A program made the translations under genes and the position numbers. From Okamejei kenojei (Eukaryota), in NCBI GenBank assembly GCA_035221665.1, contig CM069140.1, positions 42,036,001-42,100,000 on the forward strand: a stretch of DNA of 64,000 nt, written 5' to 3'. Below are positions 36,801-50,422 of this stretch, piece after piece. Position 1 is the first letter of the stretch. Each line of letters starts with the position of its first letter. A model generated the notes under the pieces. The model saw only the letters and a list, made by a program, of their open reading frames with translations, was not told the DNA's origin and did no database searches.

Positions 36801-39379
36801 GTGACATAGGTTAAAGTAATTTAAAGCTTCTTTTCTGAATTAGCAGTGTGGTAGAGCAAAGAAACTGTACTTTGGAAATTTTCCAACGTAAAGTCGATGC
36901 AAGAATATATAAAACTTTGTAGGCTTTGGACTGAATTAAAATGTAACCATACATGTGCAATAGATTACTGAACTATAATGCACCTAGTTCAGAATGCTTA
37001 AATATTATAATAATTCACAGTGTTATTTTTCTTGTCAATCCACTAGCTTTTACATTTTTGAGAAATAAACCCTATTTATATAAATTGGCCATTTAAAAAA
37101 AAAAATACCTCCCCCACCTCATCCCCCACCCAACTGCAAATTGATTTACAGATCTCAGTCCTGTTGCAACACAAAGCAGCAGAGAACAGATCTGAACTAG
37201 TGGCATCTGAAGGCCACAGCAAAGGACATCAATGTGGTGACATAGTATCACCACACTGGCATCCCTTGTTCCATGCATGCACGCAACCAAGGTCAAATAC
37301 TGACTAGGTTTTCATTCGCGGCACTAACGTATCTATATTAACTCCACAAACTCACTTTCGACAGGACTGAGTTCTTTAACTTGGAATGAGTTCTAGAGTT
37401 GGCATTTGTGGCATATTCACAATGAACACTTTGGTGCAGAATTGATTTCTGAATCCATTAATGGAAAATGGCGAAAATATTTAAGAGATTTCTTTCTCTG
37501 TACTATATGATTTGATCAAATGAACTCAGTGTTTAAGTTAAGAGATTTTCAAACAAAAAGTTTAGATCGAGGTGAAAAAAGTAACAGGGACGTTAACCGT
37601 TTTAACACTTTATGAAACGAGTTTGTTAAAACAAATCAATTGATTTTAAATTGTGTTTAGGAAGAAATAGTTTGCTCTGACTTTCTCTCCCCAATCTTTG
37701 TGACACGATAGGAGGAGGCATATATCTGCTTAGGTAGTCATTTATTAAATTTGAGCTTCATTATTTGTTTTGGCAGTTTGAAAATCTCCTTTTCAGGACA
37801 GATTGTTACCTACGTGTAGATGATTTTAGTAAAGGAATTCAGTTAAGCTTGAAGAATTACAGGCCAGATGTCGTGTGGCTGGAAAAAGGTTGGTAAATGA
37901 AAATTCACTTTAATCTAAAAATCCTCCAAATGTTCCCACCAATGCAACATTTTTTCATTAATTTATATCATTAAGCAAAATCCCTTCTAGCCTGAACTGC
38001 TGTGGCCTAGTTTATACAATGAAAATCCCCAACTTTATTCAGCAAAGGGAATGTGAAATGCACACGATTACAGAATTTTTTTTAATTTTCTGCTGTTTCA
38101 ACAGATTTTGCATCTACTTCATCGTAAAAGTGATGCTACTTTTGTTTTATTGTTTAAAAACACTGTGCAGCATTTGGTTTAAACAAAAGAATAAGACAGA
38201 TGGCAGTTTTGCTCAGAATTTTTTTTTCATTTTCTTTTGTGGGTTTTTATATTAACGTGTTTGATGTAAAATTTATAGTTATTTATCTAAATATATGGTT
38301 TTGACTAGTTTAAATGAAAATAATATACATATAAAGAAATGTTTATCAATAGATTGTTATTGTTTACACTGTAATCCTCAAGAGTAGTTAACTGTTTTTT
38401 ACCAGTCACTTTTATGTTATTGATTGAAATGTTGATTTCAAAGGCTGATAATGATCACAGGACTCCCCTCTGAATTTACAGATTTTTATTGTATTTACTG
38501 GTTGGGTAAGGAGATGGTGAAAATTTGTTTTACGTTAGTATTGAATAACGATTGCAAATAAACTACTTATTAATAACTATTTAATACTCGTGTAGCATCA
38601 TCTGGATATAGAATCAAATAATGTGTAAGCGTGTTTTTATTATTAATTTTTGTTCACAAGGGTACAGCTCAATGTTACAGTTCTTGTGAAAATAGCATGA
38701 ATTCACAATGAAGAATATGCAGATTTTGTTCTGACTGTACAGACTTGCTGTGTTTGAAACCATCTTGTGGAGGGGGGGGAGATTTGTCCTCTCTTGCTTT
38801 GCACAAAGCCCCCTCGTACGAGCTGTTGATTGGCATTCTAGTGTGTGGAATTTGCCAAATAGGCGGGATCATGCTGGCTACATCACATGCAAAGGGGTTG
38901 GGGACGGAGAGTGAAGAGATCTGCATTTTTTTTTTAAGCTGGCGAAGGTTAATGAAAGCACCCATGCTTTAGTCGAGGGATCTTTCTCTACTGTTTTGGG
39001 ATAGCTCCATAAACAAACTAAGCACACGCAGGGAACGACTTGAATATTGGCAAGTGTTCTGGATGTCACCTACATGGGTGCTTTCAGTTATGCCGTCGGC
39101 ATCTTTCTGACTGTTCCACACAAAGAATTCTCACTGTACATGGCATAAATTTTTCCAAGTCCAGCCCTGAACAAGATACTCTGCTGGTCCGAGTTTACAA
39201 TGGTATTGAATCAATTCCCTGATTTAAGTGAAATGTCTCTCGATTTATCAATTTTTTTTTTTATTTGTTTACTTTATTACAGGAAATTTCTAATGTATGT
39301 TTCAAGTGTGACAGTGTTTCTTTTGTCAGAACTTCATTTTTGCTTATTCTGTCTCGTCTGTTTTTTAAAACTTTTTTAG

Positions 39380-39967
<588 letters not shown>

Positions 39968-42900
39968 TGATTTTAGTTTTTAAGAAATGGTTATGCTGCA
40001 TGTATCCTCACATTAAATTTAAACAAACATAATGGTTGCCTTGTGTGTGTACTTTTCTGTAACGTTAACTTTCTTCTGCATGCTCTTGAAGATAATCTAG
40101 ATCCTATCCTGTTGCAAGTGTAGCCTAAACTTGTTAAGCAATCTGTGATTTTTGATCAGCATTTTTTGTTTCTTTTGTGTAATGGTCATAAATGCTCATT
40201 ACAGGCCGGATCTACAAACTGCTGTTAAACTCTCCAGCTGTGTTTCTCACGCCCTTCATGATCAAACCAGCATTCTCTTTCTTTCCTCCCTCTCCCACCC
40301 TTCATAGCCCAAGATGGAAGATGAAAATTCCCATCAGAATTATAATTAGTTTACAAAAGAAAATCACTGTTATTTTTGTGTGAATATGATATGTGCAAAC
40401 CAAAACCTACAGAAGATCAGCAACTGCAAAAAGCATGACCAAAAGTTTCAGAATTTGGGTCAGCCAGTGAGTGCCCCAGAATGCTGGCACAAGGGTTATG
40501 CCATCTTGGAATCAGCAGTCGTAATCAGCAGCTAATAAGGAAGGAGTCTTGTGCTGTTAATTGTCTGCTGCCCAAGTGAAGTGTCAAACTTTGGATTCGA
40601 CACACTGCTTACAATGGTAGAATAACATTGTATGTAGCTGTTCTCTACCAGTTTCCTGGATAAAGTTCCCATGTGTTCTTTTTCAGATATTCTTATTTAC
40701 AGGTGCACCATGAGAACAGGATAATGTGTATATATGGTAATTCAAGTGGTTAATATAACAAATTAATGTGGAAAGATTTCCTGGATACTTAGGTTTTGTT
40801 GCTTATGTTTGTCACGTTTAACATAAACTAGAGAAATTCTAAAGTCTTTTGACCTTTTTCCAATGCTGTTTTAACCGCATCACTGCAAATCACTGGCCTT
40901 CAGAATAGCAAGCTCATATTCAAATTTTAATCTTCAAAATGAAAGTCATTTGCAGTTTGGAATCAGTTATTTTCTGAAACATTTTGAGTTTCGGAAATAT
41001 TTGGGATGGTTTGTTGCCACCTTGTTTGTCAGGAGTGCTTTGACAGGTTAGAAACACGTCAACTTTGTAATCAATGGCTCTGGAGATAACGGAGATAACT
41101 GCTGAAGTTTGATCACATGAAAGCAGTCCAAATGTATTGGAAAATATTTTCAGTTCCATCCATTCACTGTGCACAACCTTTTTATCTTAAATATGAAGTG
41201 GCGAGAAACAAACAAGTTAATATTGTTAGTAATACCTAAAATCTTTACTCTGTTGTTTACTAAAATAAGCGGAGTAAAGCACATACACACTGCTCCTTAA
41301 CAATAAGTATTTTAAAATTAGGTGCTTACTGACGATTGCACACAGAAAACCGCTTGGACCCACATTTGGCCTGCTCGGAAGGTTCAGGGGTTTTCAATGG
41401 ACTGAGCAGCTGCCAGTGCTGGCAGAAAGCATGAACTCTAAAAGTGCTTTGTCCATCATGCCAAAGCCAACATGGGAATACGTGGCCACTTTTTTTCTCG
41501 CTGATGCTTGGCTCTTTCCTGTAGTCTGATTCTGAAGCCATGTTTTGGGGAAGAGTTGTTACATCGCTATAAGGTTTTTTTTTTAAATCACCAAATTAAA
41601 TTTTCTTCCAAATTTGAAAAGAAGTGTTTTCTGATTTTTACTTCAATTAACTGAAATTTTCACCAATTGTTCAAAGATGTTAAGAAATTAATAAACCTTT
41701 TCTGGCAAATTAATTTAGCAATTCAGCAGTCCACAAGCTTTCTGAAATTAATATAAAACTGTAGAAACCAAGGCAATGAATTACTGATAGCAAAAAACAT
41801 GTTGATGTTTGGAAATATTTTGCTGTGATTATTAATTTCATGGACAAAGTGGAGTTTTAAATATTAGCAATTGCTGGAATATCGTAAGGTACAAGCATAT
41901 GTAATATTTTTAACATTTGAAACTGTAATCAGTACATATTACTACTTACCTTAAAACATGTTATAGCATGAATTCAGGGAGTGTTTGATGCCAATTAATT
42001 TAGGGTAGAATTGTTCTAGAGATCCCAAATAGAGAAAGCACCAGAGTCTTGTATTCAATCAATTATTCCAAATTTCTGATTGTTTCGCATAGTAATTTAG
42101 TTACAAGCCAGTCAGAGAACTTTCTAAAACTATTTCAAGCAATATCTCCTTTGTGGAAGTAGTGTGGGATTGGAATAATGAACACAGCGTAGTTGCTAGG
42201 GGTAAACACATGACTTTTTAACATATACTAAAGATTTCAGAGTTGTCCTATTTGACGGCGTTGCATGCCATATAATTTGAAATTATCAGCATTTTTAACA
42301 ATTCAGTTTATTGATGAAAACAACGTGATAATTCAGTGAAAAAGATAACAGCTTTTATAAATACCAATTAGTAAAATAATTCAAATTTTAACTATTCAGA
42401 AATGATCTGTTTTATTGTAGTGTTTGCTATCTTCTTACAACAGGCAATAGTTATTGTAACTCAACAAGATAATTAAATGCAGTAAAACTGATAATTGAGC
42501 AGTCTTACATGATGTAGTTATCTTTAATTTGGTTCGTAGTTAACAGATAAGTTCTTTGTCGGTCCAGTGGCCTGTACACATATCAAGTTAAACTTGGAAA
42601 GATACTGCAATGGACGAAAACAAACTTTCTTTTGAAAAAGTGCAAGGCACAATCTAATTTATGGCCTGCACCATTAGTAGCTGACCCAGGTCAGAATGGC
42701 ATCATTCCAGGCACGTGCAAGGGTCATGACATAAGTTGTTTAGGTCATGACCCAAGCCAACAGGCATTTGACCTCTTAGATAAACGGTGATCTTTGCTTA
42801 TTAGTGGGCACTCATGCGAGTGCTGTCTTCAGCTCGTCAGTATTGTTGTGACCCACTGCCTATGCAAACAGTTTGTGGAGAGGGAATCTAGGTTGAAATA

Positions 42901-44802
42901 GAGTCCGAGTTGACAGAATCCTCCATAGTCAAGTTTAAGTGGAATGAATATTTAGACCTCAAACTGGTGATTTTATTTTTAAACCTAAATTTTTCCCTAA
43001 GTTTTTTGTTTGTAGCATCTGTTTTATGCCTTTTTATTAATTGAAATTAAAGCACCCAACAAAAAGCATACATTGATCTTCAGTAACCAAAGGAACTTTT
43101 GGCGGCAAACATCTAATGTACACTACTTATTATATGACTTATTTCAATGTAACTTTTATGCAAATTGGCTAATGTATCTGATAATACTTTGATAATGCAG
43201 CGGATTGTAAGATCCATAAATTGGATCAAGCTGAAAAGAGGAGATTGCAGATCAAAATTAACCTTTTACAGGTTTTCATTTACTTGGTAACCATTCGATC
43301 ACTTGATTTACTTTACATCAACTGAATGTATTTCCTAATGCCCCTTGTTATCTGCAAATAATTAGGTGAGAAATATGGAAGCTTATGTGTATGCATTACC
43401 ATCAGTGTTAAAAGATCTGATTAGTGAAGCTAAGCTGTTCTAGGTAGATGTAAATCTTGAAATTATTTCTGGACCGATGCAACCTTTCCACATTCATAAT
43501 TAGCAACCCTAGAGTATGTTAACATTAATTACCATGAAGGACTGCGGGACTAAAGTTATTGAATGAGGGCTCAGAAATGAGCAGAAATTTTAGTACAATC
43601 AACAAGCTCAACAATTCAGAGTGTAAAATCTGTACTGAACAGTGGAAATATGTACTGAAAATTTGAATTTCTCAAGAAACAATATGCTAGAAGTTGTCAT
43701 AAATGGTAGATCTAGAGAATACATTCTTAGCATTAGCATCAGTTTAGATTGATATTTTATGCAGAGCACATGAAAAGGAGGCATAGTATGTATAAAGAGA
43801 TAAAGGGTGCAAAAATGATTTAATTGTTTTTGTTTTTTGGGACAGATTAGACCAGAGAATCTTTGCTAATCCTGTAATATCATGTTTCCCCTTGTGTGTG
43901 ACTGTAAATCATTCCACAATTAAAATAGTAATAATATGATTGCATTATTTATAAGAAAATATTATGCTTATTTAATGGCAATGTATTTCTATGAAAGATT
44001 TTGAAATAAGTGGTGTTGAGAGAATTGCAGTAATTCAGACTGAGAATGGAAAACTCAAATATTTGCAAGAATAAACTTTTTAAACATTACATATCCGAAC
44101 CGTACTAGTTTAAAATTTGTCATTAACAGTTGCCCCCAAAACTTTGATGTAGCTAAAACAATATTTTGATAAGGAAGAGAATGCAATTATCTTTAAATCC
44201 ACAAGTGCAAACTGTTGGGAGGCCCAACAGGTCCTTGGTATATAAGTCATCAGCAGCCACATGTTTTATCTTAACAAAGCCTTGAATATCTAAAGGGCAA
44301 TTTACACCACTTTTGAACGGCAGCAGTTTTACATTTCCCTTTCTTTCCATGGCATGATGAATAACAATAATTTTCAGCTATTTATGGTGAATGTGGTGGA
44401 AACCACACTCTTTGTTGTGGTCAGTGCAGTACACAACAGGGCTGAACATTTCTCTCGGTTAGAGTTTTGGCTTCGCTGCTAGGAGACCCCAGCGCATGGA
44501 TTGGTGCAGATTTTGACACGGGCTCTAATCCACTTCTGCTGCCAGTTACAGACACAGTCAGTGAATTAATGTTGGAATTTGGTTTTGGAAGTTGTTAATT
44601 TTAATATTTTCTATTGAAACCATGGCAATAATTCTTTAAACTTCTGTGGTATTTGTTTTAACCTACTGCAACAATGCAGTCTTCTTTGTATCATATTTTG
44701 GCCCTTTCAAAAGTCTTGCTTCATTTTCAAATCTTACTTGATATAAAATAAATTTACAAAACAATTTGTAAATGGATATAGTTTGGAATCTTGACATCTT
44801 AT

Positions 44803-44844
44803 AACACACACACACATACATACATACACACATACACACACACA
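44803..44844. repeat. (CA)n/(TACA)n microsatellite
   Basis: Direct reading. Confidence 0.85.
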
Positions 44845-47800
44845 GAGTTTATTTATTTTAAATTTCTTTGTTTTCGTTTATGCATGTTGGAGCTTGGGGT
44901 GATGGGTACAAAGGCGTTAGACGAACAAGTGGGGCAGACGATTGTGTCTCCATAATGTCCTTAATGTGAAATTCTGTCCAGAGAGGAAGCTTGTGCCAAG
45001 AAGTGCTACATCTGACATGTTGATACTTTACGCATCTGACTCTCCCTTTTGCTGCTTCAGTTTGACCATTCTCTGAAGATTATGTATGTACATCCACACT
45101 GGTCAGTTAATTTGAAAATCCTCTTGAAGGATTAAAGAAATTGCTGAACAAAAGAGTGCAAATAAGAGGAAAAAGAGACACTAGTTCGCAAATATGTCAC
45201 AAATATCTTCTGGGGAAAGGCGATTATTTTAAAAAGACAATAAAGATAAAGATACATTAAAAATAAACTAAAAGTTTATTTAAGAAAATCTCATTTTTAA
45301 TATGTTTTCAAGTATATTTTTTATGGGGATTTGATTGACTTTTAGGACAAGCTTTGAGAGTTCTGTAAAGTGAGTCTACGTGATGGCTGACTGGTATTAA
45401 ATGTATCTCTTGTCAGAATACAAAATGGATACTGTTTCTTTTATAGAGATAAAATCTTTTCTTGTTGCGTACAATAATCCAAGTTTTTATCTCCATTTTC
45501 TGTCTTTTCATGGACCTCAAGCATTTTTTTCATGGAAACCTTTAATTTTCTTAATTCAAAAGAATCAAGATGAAAATCCTGTTGAGATTGAACCTCTTTC
45601 TCCCGATGAGATGGAATATTTTAAAGTGGGATCCTCACTGTTCATTAAAACAATATTTCCAAAAATAATTGCAATTATAGTTTAACATATTTCTTAATCA
45701 TTTGCCTATTTCTATCTAGTTGTTTTAAGTTTGAGTAAGCATTAGGTCTTTTTGATAAATTGTTGCAAGGTATAATGCGAGGAAGGCTGCACAGTTAAAA
45801 TGATGGTGAGCGAGTTGCACTAATATAATGACTAGGTTCCTGCCTACTGACCTTCTTCGCACCATTCACCTAGCAGCGGATGACTACTTTTTCTCCCCAT
45901 GAAAGGATCTACGACATCATCCATGTTCAATAACGTTTTACATCCAACGTTCTAGAATTTGACAATTTTGCTTTTTCGGAAAAAAATACAATTACAAAAT
46001 TTTGTTTTGTATGGATCTTTTTATAGATAATGGCTTGTCAACTCATTACATATATTTCTTTATACTGACAATGAATGTATAATCAATCAAATTTATTTTG
46101 AATTATATCATACTATGTTGATATTCTGTTACGAAGCAGTGTTTGACTATATATAACAGCTGCCAAATGACATTCCATGTTGCACATTCAAATAGTTAAG
46201 AAAAGCAGAATATTTGAATAACTCTGCTGTTTAAAGAAATCTAGTACAAAGCGTTGAAAGTTTACTTTTCAGCTTTATAAATTATTTTCTGAAAATCATT
46301 GTAACGTGGTATGGCAATGCAGTTTTTTTTTCACATTGGTTGCATTGAAGTGTTCATGCATTGACACATCCTGATTTTACTCTTTTGTGCGACCGATTAC
46401 ACAGCCAACATTTTTTTTTAAAGCTTCCTCTATCCCTTCTTGGCAAATGAAAGCTCTGGGTAGCCATGCCATGAATGCTGGTGAGAACAATATGGTTTAA
46501 TGTTTTTGGAGTTGTGAAATGTTGACAATCCTGGAAGAAAAAAAATGCAGCAATAATAGGCGTTCAAAAATATTCAGTGGATCACGTACATTGCAATTAA
46601 AGAGCAGAATAATGTGAAAGATCAATGGAGATTTCTGCACAGTTATCACATTTAAGCAAACTCATTCTGTCCAGCAAATTAGTTAGAGGGATCTTTGATC
46701 AATTTTTGAGTTTCATTCTTCAAATCACAGAGCCTGTGTAAGTGCATGTGAAATATTTAATTAAACTGGGATTTATTTTCACTTATGTCCCAATGTCTGT
46801 TCTCTGCCCCTATCCCTTTGTCTGTCTGTCTATTTTCCTTCAATCCAATTACACCCGATGGCTGTGAACCTATACCACGATTATTTCTCCAGATGTTGGC
46901 ACACAGCTTTGTGGGCAATGACATTTTCAATAGATTTTTCCACCATAAATGGTCCCTTATAATTAATTGACATGGAATGACTTCTGCTTTTTCCCCTCCC
47001 ACGTTGCTAGATCCCTTGTCCCACAAAGTCCCCCACCCCAACTTCCCATTTTAAAGGAGGCCTGCTTCTATCAGTTGCTCCATCTTGTGGTCTAACTGAG
47101 AACCAGCAATAAATATCGTTTAACGAGGTTTACAGAAGTGATTTAAATAAATCCTAACTTTACTCTTTTGTCTAACTGACCTTTTTCTTGACTCTCCCAA
47201 TGTTTTGGTAATTGCCAACATTAGGCAGTATCTTGCATCATTCACTGTTTGATTATGAAAAAATAGTGCACCATTATTATGAATTAAAATATTATGCATT
47301 TTTTCATTTCTATGTTAAAATATTTAGGTCAAGCCAGTTGTTTTAAAGAGTCCATTACTTAAAGCCTATTCCACAAGTTTGATGGTGCGAAGAAGCCATA
47401 ATGTTTTGAGGTTTTAACAGTTAGAAGGCTCTGTAGTAAGAGTGATATCAAGAATGGGATATCACTCAATAGTATGGGTTATAGTCAGGGGAGTTCTTGG
47501 CAAAGAGGTGGGTATTGCTGTGACAGATGCTGGAAAACACAACCAGTGCTAGCTACGTCCATTTATTTGTGTTGTTCTCTGAATCTTCCTGACTCGGGTT
47601 TTGCCGATTCATCGATTAAATTAGAGTGTTGGTGGTGTATTGTGGGATTCACCATGACAAGAAGGAGGAGTGTGGATTAGTATATGGAAGGTGGGCTACT
47701 GCAATGCATTTCTATGTTTTAATTCAACAACCTTTATTCTCTCAAAACCCCAGGCATTGGAGCTCAAGGACACTCTTTCACCAATGTCTGATATGGGTCT

Positions 47801-47912
47801 CTACATTAAAATAGATCAGTTAGACACAGTGGGATTGCTGTGGATATTTCCTTCGTCTGACATGAAAGAGAACATTCACCAGCCCCTCCCCCCCCCCCCC
47901 CCCCCTCCCCAC

Positions 47913-49136
47913 ACATAGAACCATAGAAACATAGAAAATAGGTGCAGGAGGAAGCCATTCGGCCCTTCGAGCCAGCACCGCCATTCATTGTGATCATGGC
48001 TGATCGTCCGCTATCAATAACCCGTGCCTGCCTTCTCCCCATATCCCTTGATTCCATTAGCCCCTAGAACTCGATCTAACTCTCTCCTAAATCCATCCAG
48101 TGATTTGGCCTCCACTGCCCTCTGTGGCAGGGAATTTCACAAATTCACAACTCTCTGGGTGAAAAAGTTTTTTCTCACCTCAATCTTAAATGGCCTCCCC
48201 TTTATTCTAAGACTGTGGCCCCTGGTTCTTGACTCGCCCAACATTGGGAACCATTTTTCCTGCATCTAGCTTGTCCAGTCCTTTTATAATTTTATATGTT
48301 TCTATAAGAACCCCTCTCATCTTTCTAAAATCCAGTGAATACAAGCCTAGTCTTTTCAATCTTTCCTCATATGACAGTCCCGCAATCCCAGGGATCAATC
48401 TTGTGAACCTACGCTGCAATCACAAGGATGCCTCAATCACAAGGATGTTGTTTCTCAAATTAGGAGACCAAAACTGTACACAATACTCCAGAAGTGGTCT
48501 CACCAGAGCCCTATACAACTGCAGAACAACCTCTTTACTCCTGTACTGAAATCCTTTTGTTATGAAGGTCAACATTCCATTAGCTTTCTTCACTGCCTGC
48601 TGTACCTGCACACCAACTTTCAGTGACCGGTGTACAATGACACCCAGGTCTCGTTGTACCTCCCCCTTACCTAACCTAACCCCATTGAGATAATAATCTG
48701 CCCCCTTGTTTTTGCCACATAAGTGGATAACCTCATATTTGTCTATATTATATTGCATCTGCCACGTATCTGGCCACTCACTCAAACTGTCCAGGTCACC
48801 CTGCAACCTCCTAACATCCTCTTCACAGTTCACACTGCCACCCAGCTTTGTGTCATCCACAAACTTGCTAGTGTTGCTCCTAATTCCCTCTTCCAAATCA
48901 TTAATGTATATGGTAAACAGTTATGGCCCCAACACCGAGCCTTGCGGCACTCCACTCGCCAATACCTGCAATTCTGAAAAGGACCCATTCAGTCCTACTC
49001 TTTGCTTCCTGTCTGCCAACCAATTTTCTATCCACGTCAACACCCTACCCCCATTACCATGTGCTCTAATTTTAGTCACCGGTCTCCCGTGCGGGACCTT
49101 ATCAAAGGCTTTCTGAACGTCTAGATACACTACATT
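47913..49136 (-). mobile_element. CR1 LINE, 5'-truncated (RT C-terminal half), antisense in NFIA intron 2
   Basis: YLDVQKAFDKVPH, GVPQGSVLGP, KFVDDTKLGG, LYRALVRPLLEYCVQFWSP; (CATAGAAA)n tail; same family as 3370-4880. Confidence 0.95.
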
Positions 49137-50312
49137 CTAATCATCATTCCCCTATCTTCTCCCTATATTCCCTGACACCCACACTAATCAGTATTTCAAA
49201 ATTTCTTTCAAAAACCTAAATGTTTCTTGAACAAGTAATGGTAGGGATGAAAATGATATCTAATGACATTGAATATACTTTCCCAAAAAATGGTTCATTT
49301 TTGCCTAGCTGAACACCAGCACTTCAAATAATTATAAATTCTCAATATCAGAAAAAAAAGTTATGTAATAGCTAACCTTATGCAAATATAAAGACAATGA
49401 ATCTACTAACAAACTGCAAGATCTTTATAGAACCCCTGCATGCTTTGTCATGTTTACTTTTTGATGTCCCTCAACAATGATGGTATTTCTAGTGTTCTGC
49501 TGCTATGTGTTGTGATAGGAGCTTATTCTTTCATAGCACGAACCTGTAGAATATGATTATTTAAGTGATGTGGATAGAATGAAAGTAATATTTATAGTTG
49601 GCCATTGTCCCTTGTGGTTAAAATAAGGCTTTTGTACTACAGAGTCCTACTCTGTGGGTTTTGGTGTTTCACAGTGGTTAACTTGCGAGTAGGCCATTAA
49701 AATAACTTAGACATTTTCAGAAATGGCAGTAAACCAAACCATAACGTTTATTGTGTTATTTTCTATGTTGTTTATTTTTGGTTCCAAATAAGATGTCAGC
49801 TTAAAAGCTGCATCTTATTTTATCGTTAACAAAACTAGGTTTCCAAAGACAATACTTCTTCCAAAACATTTGTAGCATTTGTGCGAATTGAGCCCTTGGA
49901 GTGATTGTTTTGGAAGATTTGGCTATTTCTAATTTAACGCTGTTAAAATAGATGAACAGGTTGCTCAGGATGTATCTGGTGTGGCTGCTATCATTGTCCA
50001 TAACAGTAGAGGCTCTTACATTTTGAATGCTTCAAGAAAGATTTCGAACATCTATACAATTCTCATGAAAGAAAATCCCTCATAAAGGGTATGTTTGTTA
50101 CTTATAGGTGAACAAATGAGGAAAGTTTTCCCACACAGTATTAGTTTGTTAGGGGGTTTGCTTTTTAAAAAAAAAAAATTAAGAAAATAATCTTTGCCTA
50201 GATTGGATTATTTTGTCACTAGTTTGATTTTTTGAGTCATAATTTAGCATAAACAAGTAAACCGCTAAAAAACATAAAGCTGGACCATTTATCCACAGTT
50301 ATCGAGGATTGG

Positions 50313-50422
50313 AGATGTAGGGAGAATAAAATGAGACAAATGTAGGATTAGTGTAGGTGGATGGATGATGGCTGCCATGGACACAATGGGCTGAAGGGCT
50401 TATATCTCTCCATGACTCTATG
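50313..50422 (+). mobile_element. SINE/CR1-type 3' tail remnant
   Basis: gtaggattagtgtagg..ggatgatggctgccatggacacaatgggctgaagggc...atgactctatg. Confidence 0.55.

Noticed and set aside
38829-38860. TTGGC...GCCAA as a full NFI autoregulatory site (also 36239, 47207)
   Set aside because: Spacing does not fit TTGGC-N5-GCCAA; half-sites only.
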